This document shows, in pieces, positions 55,860 to 64,000 of a stretch of DNA of 64,000 nt (positions are counted from its first letter, which is position 1; the number at the start of each line of letters is the position of its first letter). Under the pieces are notes generated by a model. The model saw only the letters and a list, made by a program, of their open reading frames with translations. It was not told the DNA's origin and searched no databases. A program made the translations under genes and the position numbers. This stretch comes from Camelus dromedarius (Eukaryota): assembly GCF_036321535.1 (NCBI RefSeq), contig NC_087437.1, forward strand, positions 3,782,001 to 3,846,000. Direction: 5' to 3'.

Positions 55860-57869
55860 TGAGGAGAACAATTGGAGGCTTTTTTTGGTCAATAAATAGC
55901 TCTTTTTTTCCCTCCCTTCAGATAGAGGAGACTGTCATATTAATGTTATATTTAATAGTCACAAATATTAAGGTTCATCTTTATATTATCACAGCAATTT
56001 GTCATTGTTATCTGTGTATAATTGCACAAATTCCTCCATAGGCATGGGGCAGAATCCCTGCCCTCTGTCTTAAATTCTGCAGAGATCTTCCTTTCCTCCT
56101 GCTTCTGAAGAATTAAAGCTTTCTCTCTACCCGGGCACAAGGACATGGGGCAGATGCCTTTAGTTTTCCCCTGAGTGACGTCGTGTAAACTCTCAATAGC
56201 ATTTCATGACTTTTTTTTTTAGAAGCTTTTAAAAATGGCTAAATTTGTTATACTCTCAGGATATAAGCAACTCACTGTAAGGAGTTAAAAATCTTAACAT
56301 TCCTTAAACCGAACGGTAGTGAAATTTCTATCATTTTACCTAGAGAGGAAACCTGCATCAGTAACCCACAAGCCTACGTCATGTTCCAGAGCTCAGCAAA
56401 GTCTTCCTGGGGCGTGAAGGGGAGTCTTTAATTTTTATATTGTTATTCAGAGCAGGTATAAGTGCCAGAATGAACAACTAAGTTTCTAAGGTTTAAATTA
56501 AACCCAAATGCTTAATTTAACAATCCAGCTTTAACGTTAGCATTCATTAGGAAGCAAAGCAAGAAATGAAACTTCAGTGATCCTGTTTGAACTAGAAAAC
56601 TTTTCTTAAGTCATTGGAGAGAAACCTTAGAATAGCCTCCAGAACAAAACTGGGTTCCAATCTTTAATTAAAATGTAGGTGCTGTACATACACCCGGCCC
56701 CCAGGACCACTCTCATCATTTTAAACCGACCAGGACAGGTCTTGAGCCAGATGTACCTGCCGTGACGGCAAGTGCATCATAAATACTTGAGCACAGCTCT
56801 TTCTTCTAATTGAGACTGTAAGCATCACTACACCTAATTCATTTTGACATCCTCATCACCTATAAAAATGCTCCACATGCAGGATATGTGAAAAAACTTG
56901 CTTAATCATCGGAGGAGTTAAGGAATTTCACAAAACAAGATGACAAAGCAGAGCTCTATTGTTGCTGCATTCAGTCCTGGCCAGGTCAACATTTGTGTCC
57001 CTGTTTACGTAAGGACATCAGTGGTAACATGATTGCATTTACAGGCAAGAATACAGAGAGATAGTAGACAAATTATGTGGATTTATTTTGTTGGAAGATG
57101 GTATTATACCAGTTCAAGGGTCTAATTCCAAAAACATATATTTATACATAGCTATTGTACAAGCCCCCTGGCCCTCCTCGTTTTAAGCAGAGTTACCATT
57201 AAACAGGTAAGACATGTCAGGTCAGCTCTTACATGTTATTTCTTGTTCAGAAAGAAGTCTTTCTACTTGAGGGAGCAAAGTTCCCCATCATCCCGAGTTC
57301 CTGTCTATTAATTAGTCTTCTGTACTTTCCAACCCCTCGTCTGTGGGACACTCGGTGTCCCACTTGGTCACCCAGACACAGAGCACATGGAAGAAGAGAT
57401 TCCAGTCTATGAGATCACTGCAGAGCAGTAGAAGCTGAAGGACAAGGGCTCAAAAACAGCAGGCCCTCCTCTGTCCCAGGCTCTCTTCTGGTGGTTGCTT
57501 GTTATTGGCAAGTTGACCCTCAGGCATCAGCTACCCTCTGGACGTAGCCGGTAGAGTTCTTTTCTCTTTGCCTGGTAGTCACATTGCCCTTTTCTACACC
57601 CCTGCTAGACTCAGCGCACCTGGGAAGTCAGGTGCACTGGGAGTCCTCTAGGCCAAATTCCGATGCTGGCACTGAAACAAATGGACCTGTGACCTTGGGC
57701 AAATCTCTTAACCTCTGACCCTAGTTCCACATCCGTAAAATAAATTACTCTACACAGTTTCCCCTCGATCTCACCAGCCTCTGCTTACTGACTATAACAA
57801 CCCTATTTTCACCATTTCTTGGCCTCACCTGCATAACAGGGTCTCAGTCCCCAAATTCCCCAACATCCA

Positions 57870-58460
57870 TGTTCACTCACTTGGTTATACAAACTCATCA
57901 CCTACTATGTGCCTTATTTATGTTTGCCATGGGGGCTAAAATAGCAAACAAAATCCATCATGTTCCCTGTTTTGGGGTGAAATAAGATTTCTGTTTAAAG
58001 AAGAATATTCAGGAACTTAGATTGTAAGGTAACAAGAGTGAACTCGGGGATACACAGTCAAATGCTGTTGCTAAGGTCCAAGCAGAAATGGTGTAGCAGG
58101 GTTGGGCAGGGAGGGTGGAGGATTCAGGAACTATTCCAGAAGTAGAATTGTCTAGGCTGGTTTAAAGATGAAGGGGAGATGTGGGAGAGAAAGGGGTGTA
58201 GGGGTGACTCCCCAAGTATCTGGCGTGAGCTTCTGTGTTGACTGATGGACATGGGGAGGAGCGGGTTTGGAGTGAGGGCTTGTGACTTAGACACGTTCAG
58301 GCTGCAGCATCCTCAACATTCAGATGAGTTGTCAAATAGATAATTGGATACACAAGGCTGACATGCACCAGGGTAAACACACGGTAGATGTCAGCAAATA
58401 GTGGGTGTCTGAAGCCATGGGAATGGAGGAGCTCACTCGGGGAGAAGAGACTATCCCACG
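57870..58460 (-). mobile_element. L2 fragments
   Basis: ttcactcact...cacctactatgtgcc end and purine-rich body. Confidence 0.55.
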
Positions 58461-61400
58461 TGAACTCACAGTCTTCTCTCATCGTCCGGCACTGGCGCCC
58501 ATGAGTAATGCTGCTGCTGACCCCCGTGAGCAGCCTTCCCTGGGGGTTCACAGGACACTCCATCCTTCACAGGACTCCCTGGGCTGAAGCCAGGCTACCA
58601 TCTGCCCAGAAGTGGAGCAACCTCTCCCTCCCCAACTCAGAGTCCCACCTGGTCACCCAAGACGCAGAGCAGACTGTCAGGACAGCAGTATGCAAGACAG
58701 TATGGCCCGCAAGTCCCTACATTCCCCTCAAGCTCAGACGTCGACATCCGAGCCAGAGCCTGGCTGTTCCCACTGGGCCAAAAGAAGGTATCTGCAATCA
58801 TATACCCTTGTGCGTGTGTTCGGTAAACCCGCCAGAGCTCATCTGAGAACCCACTGGGGCTCAGGCTAGGTCCCCCCAACCACCACCATTAGAGCACCAT
58901 TTGAATAGTACTGTTTGGAAATTTTTCATCATCAAATTTTCCCAACCCTCAGCATGATGGATGACCTTAATCTTCCACCCAGCTGGGGACTTGGCTTTGT
59001 GAAATGCCTGCTCTAGTGGAGTCTAGGAGTGCAAAGGATGAGATATTTGTTCTCAAAATGATAAATAACCTGTTCACCTATTGATGGCACATCATAATAA
59101 AAGAAACAACAAGAACTACCAAACAAAGCAACCCTCAGGCCAAACCTTGATGTCTATACGACACCAAGTGCAAGGGGAGGGACACTAAGGAGAAGCTTTA
59201 AACCACAAAGCACCTGTGAACAAGGTGAGTGTAACATGACCAAGACCAGGACACAAGGGGACCCTCCAGGCCCGTCAGGAGATGGCGGAGATGAGAAAGG
59301 AGGCAGTGTGCCTGTGGTTCAGGTCACTCTTACACCAGCCTGTGCCAGGCTCCAGGGTGGGCACGAGGGGAGAGAGAAAAAGACGCACCCTGGTATCAAG
59401 TGTGGGGGCATGCATGTAGACACGTGGCTTACCACACATCATCAGTAAGTGGCTCTATTAGAGGCAGACAGAATATTCTGGTAAACAAGGGGCAATACTT
59501 CACTCTTCCCAGCAGAACTGGAGAAACTTGTTTTTCTCTCTTTTTTTCTCCCTTACTGAGCCCATTTAACCTGTCTTGGAAGAATGTATCCATAATCTCC
59601 AGGTGGGCGAATTATAAGTGAAAGACAGAATTCTAGGCTGGAAGGAGGAGCGTATTTGAATGCACAGAGGTGGAGAAGCAGATGGTGTGCCTGGAATAAT
59701 ATTCTCCAAGAGTGTGAATGCAACCGTGGTGGTACCCAATGGTGCCATTTTACACGGCATGTGGACACTGTAGTAGATCACAGTGAATTGTGTGGACTTG
59801 AGAAAATTGTCTGTCTTTTAATTCCCTTCCATTCTTGCCCAGGAGAATTTCTCATTTGGCCACTAGGATACTAATCTCCTAAAAGCCAAGTTTCCTTCTT
59901 AACAATAGAGCAGGCTTCAGGCTCAGAGATTTCACATCTAATAGTATTTAGCTAGAATTTAATATTATTTTGCTTTTATTATTATATGCTTCTGTTTGTG
60001 GCAGATGACAGTGGTTTTCCATGTATAGCAGTAATATAAAAGGTTCTTTCTAAGCAAATGTAAGTGTAGAAAGTGAGTGATCTAAATGCAAGTATAGAAA
60101 TCTATTAAGTCCATCATGCAGGTGGTAAATACTCGTGGTGGGAGGGGTACCTGTGGTATGTGAGTATCTGACGTGTTGAAAATACTCTCCAGAACAGCCG
60201 TTTGCTGTGCTGCTGGCTGGCACTAGATTGTTGTAGATCAAGCATGGTCAGACGGGTCAAGTTTAAAGCCAGGCAGACAGTCTCTAATCTTCCCTCAGTA
60301 CTTTCTGGCTGCGTGGCCTTGGCCAAGGCCTCTTAGCTCTCGGAGTCTCACTTCCCTCATCGTCGTAACGAAGACCAGCCCCCAGGGACTAAGGGTTGGA
60401 GACACCCAATATGCAGGCCCTAACGTTCTAGACATTACTAACCTCCTTTCTAACTTTCCAGCAAACTTCCCAAGGTTAGCTGTGATTGGCTCTGACCTCA
60501 TTTCTCTAATTCCGGGAGACGTGATGTCTGCAGAGCTATTAACTGGTCTCAGAAAGGATCTGAATATATTACTTTTCTTAATTTCTCCATTAATTTACAT
60601 GGCAAGCTAAGAAATCAGCACAACTCAGAGCTGCTCCCAGGTCATCCCAGATGGCTGTAAACTGGAGGGGACCACCCACTCAGTCCAAGTCAGAGGACCC
60701 ATGTTAAATTCTAATAGTCTTCTGATTGCATTTCATAACATTTAAAAAATTAACAAAAAAATTAACTGTACCAGCACTATAGCCACCTCTGCGAAAATTT
60801 ATAATACTGAGAAGGGGGGGGCAATCACTTAATCTGCATTCCACGGTTCCAGCCCATCCCTTCAGCCACCTCTCCCTCCCCGTTGCTGCCCCTCCTCCCC
60901 CTATCAGGAGGCCTGAAGAGGCCTGTGGATGTGGACTCAGCCAGCGTGGCCGACGGCTCAGAGCACCAGCACCTGGGTCTCCGGCTTTCCACTTCAAAAG
61001 CGAGCACCTGCTGACACTTGGAAACCAAGAGATCTTGTGATCGAGACCACTTGCCTGAGTCAGAGATAAACTGGAACAGCCCAGCCCCCTCACTGAGCAC
61101 AGCCTGAATTTCCAGTGCTTGTAAAGCCATTACAGCACGACATAAGCGCAGTGTCCCCTCAAATAGGAGTAACAGTTTTCATTTTTCAAATCATGCATTG
61201 ACTTTTTGGGAAACCTGTCATTAGAGGATTTTCTGTCTGCTGACCCTTGCTTTTGCGTCTTGGCAGTGTTTTATTAAGTAGGGCATCTCATGCAAATCCA
61301 GGGCATGGGTACCATCTCCCCTGCAGTTTTGCGGTCCTAGTTACAAGCATGATGTGCATGCAATTTATGACTCTTTGGGTCTTCAGCATGGATACACTTT

Positions 61401-62232
61401 ATCTTACCACCGCCGTGCTTTTTCCTAAATGAGCCACCAGATTTAAACGGATCCAATACAGCAATTTCTTCTTACCATTTGGTTCAATTCAGAAAAGCAG
61501 TTTTTAGAAATGCCTTTTTCATAGATTGTAATGGATAGATAGAACGATGTAAACCTCTAAACAATAAAATGAATGCATGATTTTTAAAAAGAAATGATCA
61601 GATATTTTAACAGTTTTTTTTTTAATGTTTATATTCCCACATGCTAGAGTCTACTAATAGAAACCCTAACTTTTGATTGGCTAAAAAGACTGAAAACAAC
61701 CCTCCACCAAAAAAGTGACTAATCACTTCTGAATGATTTTCACATTTCACATTCATGATTCATAGTGATCTGTTTAAGGCTGCCATACTTACAGCCTACA
61801 AAGTGTTTTTTGTTTTTCAAATCCTTGTGATGCCAACATAGCCATAAAAATACACAGAAAGACAGGTGTATTTCTAGGGCCTGATACTCTTTGTCGAGAT
61901 ATTAATAGTTTTAAAATGTTGTATTTGAGGCCCTGGGAAATTATCAAGGAGTCCAGCCTCTGACTCTGAGTAGTCTAGTGTAGCTGTTCAGAAGAAAAGC
62001 AAGAGGTTTTATTACAGCACTTGAGCTTAATCACAGGATCTAAATGTTCCAAGTTCAAACAAACCCCCCACACGCCTCCTTGCTCCTCTGCCAAGTCTGA
62101 GCAGCTGAATGCAGGTGCCGACTCGCGCCTAGAGACAGGTAAACCGGCAGAAACTGAGTCACCAAGTGCTGTAAGAGCAACACCCTAAGCAAACACCCAT
62201 CAGCCCCAACAACAATGTAAGCAAAATGATAC

Positions 62233-62340
62233 CTGTTCTTCGGCTCTTTGGTTTCTCAGCATGGATAAATATTTTCTAATTGCATGGAGAGGATATTTTT
62301 TGAAAAAAGAGAATCTCGACTGAGGCAACAGATTATCCAT
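62233..62340 (-). CDS. ATP2C1: ATP2C1 distal alternative first coding exon (long N-terminal SPCA1 isoform), MDNLLPQSRFSFFKKYPLHAIRKYLSMLRNQRAEEQ
   Basis: Reverse complement reads CTCACC ATG G (optimal Kozak), then 36 open codons, then a CAG|gtatca donor in phase 0, compatible with the phase-0 exon starting at 9774. Closely resembles the recalled N-terminus (MDSLLPPSRFSYFKKYPLHAIRRYLSTLRNQRAEEQ) of long human ATP2C1 isoforms. Confidence 0.93.
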
Positions 62341-62720
62341 GGTGAGGAAGGCACGGAGACGCTGACTCGCCCCTCCCTGTCAGCACCGCATGAAGTCTAG
62401 ACACTTCACAGTTCCTCTGATGCCTAAGGATTTGCTTGTAGCTTGACCACTCTCCTGCAAACAAAGCAGATATTCCCCTCACAGCTTCCTCTTTGGGGTA
62501 GAGTTCTCAGTGAAGCCAGGCAGCCAAGGTCCAACACTGTCTAAAAGCGGCCAGAAACGCAACCAACGCCCAGAGGGCTGCGGGAGCCGAGGAGTGGAGG
62601 GGCTGGTCCGCCCAGTGCAAATTGCTCAGTGGTAGTGATGCGACTGTCCTATTTCTAGCAACGGCGTTCTGTTGCAGGCTGTGTTAATATTAGCTAGCTG
62701 TGACTTTCCACACCCACAGA
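62341..62720 (-). promoter_or_regulatory. ATP2C1: Putative distal ATP2C1 promoter / 5'UTR
   Basis: Locally CpG-enriched segment upstream of the distal ATG, with a GC box (CCGCCC near 62608) and an RFX-like GTTGCTAGAAAT on the minus strand (62651-62662). The TSS cannot be determined from sequence. Confidence 0.55.
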
Positions 62721-64000
62721 CTCTCGGGAGGTTTAATCTTAATTCTTCCGACAGCTTTTCTAGCTCTTAAAGAGGACATGACATGTGTTTTTTTTTTTCC
62801 TGTATACTTCCAGAATTCTTATCAGCACAAGCACATGCAGACAAGCCTCAGCCGCATCTCAGCTCTAAAGTGTTGAATCATTCAGTCTTGAGAAGCATTG
62901 TTTTAGGAGATTTCTTTAAAAAAAAAAATCAACAAATTACTTCAACTCTTCGTTGTCATTAAAGGGTTCAGTGTCAGCACTGAAAACGTCTGGTTTACAC
63001 GGTCATGCATTATGCAACATGCCCGGGAACCAGATCCTTTTTCTTAACTGAACAATAGCTTCAAACAGATTCTGTTCTGAGTTAAAAGGCTTCTCTCTTA
63101 GAATCCTTATCGCAAAACCACAGGCTGAACCCAGAACATTAAATTTCCCCAGGCTTTGTTCTGAGTCTAAGGAAGAAAAAATGTTGCACATTTACTTTCT
63201 AACTATTATAAAAAAAAGGGGGGGGGGGTTCATGCTTAAAAAGGAGAACCAGATAAGAGGTCTCTGGTCTTAGGGGACATGAAATCATAAAATTTGGAAG
63301 TTCAATATTTTCTTAATACTCTATGGAAGTCACAGGGTTTCTGAGCAAAGTCCCCAAGTAGGCTTTGTTGTTTTATTACCTTTTTAAACTTTGCAGTAGC
63401 TGGTTCATTTGATGAAACATTGGCTGCGTCTGTGAGGGGCTGTCATGTAGAGGCCAGGCTGTACATCACCCAAAAATCACGAGGCCCAGAAATTTGCTTT
63501 CAAGTGGAAAGAGAGCTGCTCTTTTCCCCCTTCAGAGAGGGCACTGCAGGCTGGGGTGCAGGTAGCAAGCAGAGGTCAGGGAACCCATGTTGCAGCCTGA
63601 ACCGCCCCTTCAACAGCCTCTCTGGCCCTCGCGGCTGGGCCAGTTACCTTCCGGGAATATACTTGAGCGGCCTAATGTGGGCTGTGCTGTGAGCAGCCCA
63701 GGCCATCTGTCTGGCTGGCATCAGCCCACTTGCAAGGTGATCTTCCAGTCTCACCAGGGCCAGGCTGGCCATTCTAGGAAGTCCTCTGCATAGTGCTGCG
63801 GGGCGGGCTCCCCGGGGGAGGCCCTGTCCTCCTGTCCCCTCTGCAGGGGCACGGCTTGGTGCTTCCAGAGGCTCTGCCAGCCTTCCTCTATAGGCTGGAG
63901 GCAACCAGCTCTAACAAGGGTCCCAGAGAAGCAGCATGCTTGTGAACCACAGGACTCTAAGCGGATGTGTTGTGACTTAGGAGCTGGGCCACCTGGATGC

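Overview
Mammalian genomic DNA, probably a camelid: two tRNA-Ala-derived Vic-1-like SINEs are present, and I saw no Alu, B1, Bov-tA or Can-SINE. The window holds the 5' part of ATP2C1 (SPCA1, Golgi Ca2+/Mn2+ P-type ATPase) on the minus strand, and the gene continues off the left edge. Five internal coding exons lie at 240-9774. A CpG-island promoter with a non-coding exon 1 and an ATG-bearing exon 2 lies at about 42.7-44.1 kb. A distal alternative first coding exon at 62233-62340 adds a 36-aa basic N-terminus. None of these real exons appears as such in the ORF track, and most listed ORFs are noise or repeat-derived. The rest is intronic sequence rich in L1, L2, MIR, MER/Charlie/Tigger and LTR remnants. 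The most notable observations are a spliced overlapping uORF across the start codon, competing splice donors at the first internal exons, a roughly 3 kb ancient L2/CR1-like reverse-transcriptase fossil beside the promoter, a templated insertion inside a MER5A, and an L1 TSD recording reciprocal CpG decay. I found no convincing wholly new biological system. Repeat family names come from recalled consensus sequences and their boundaries are approximate.
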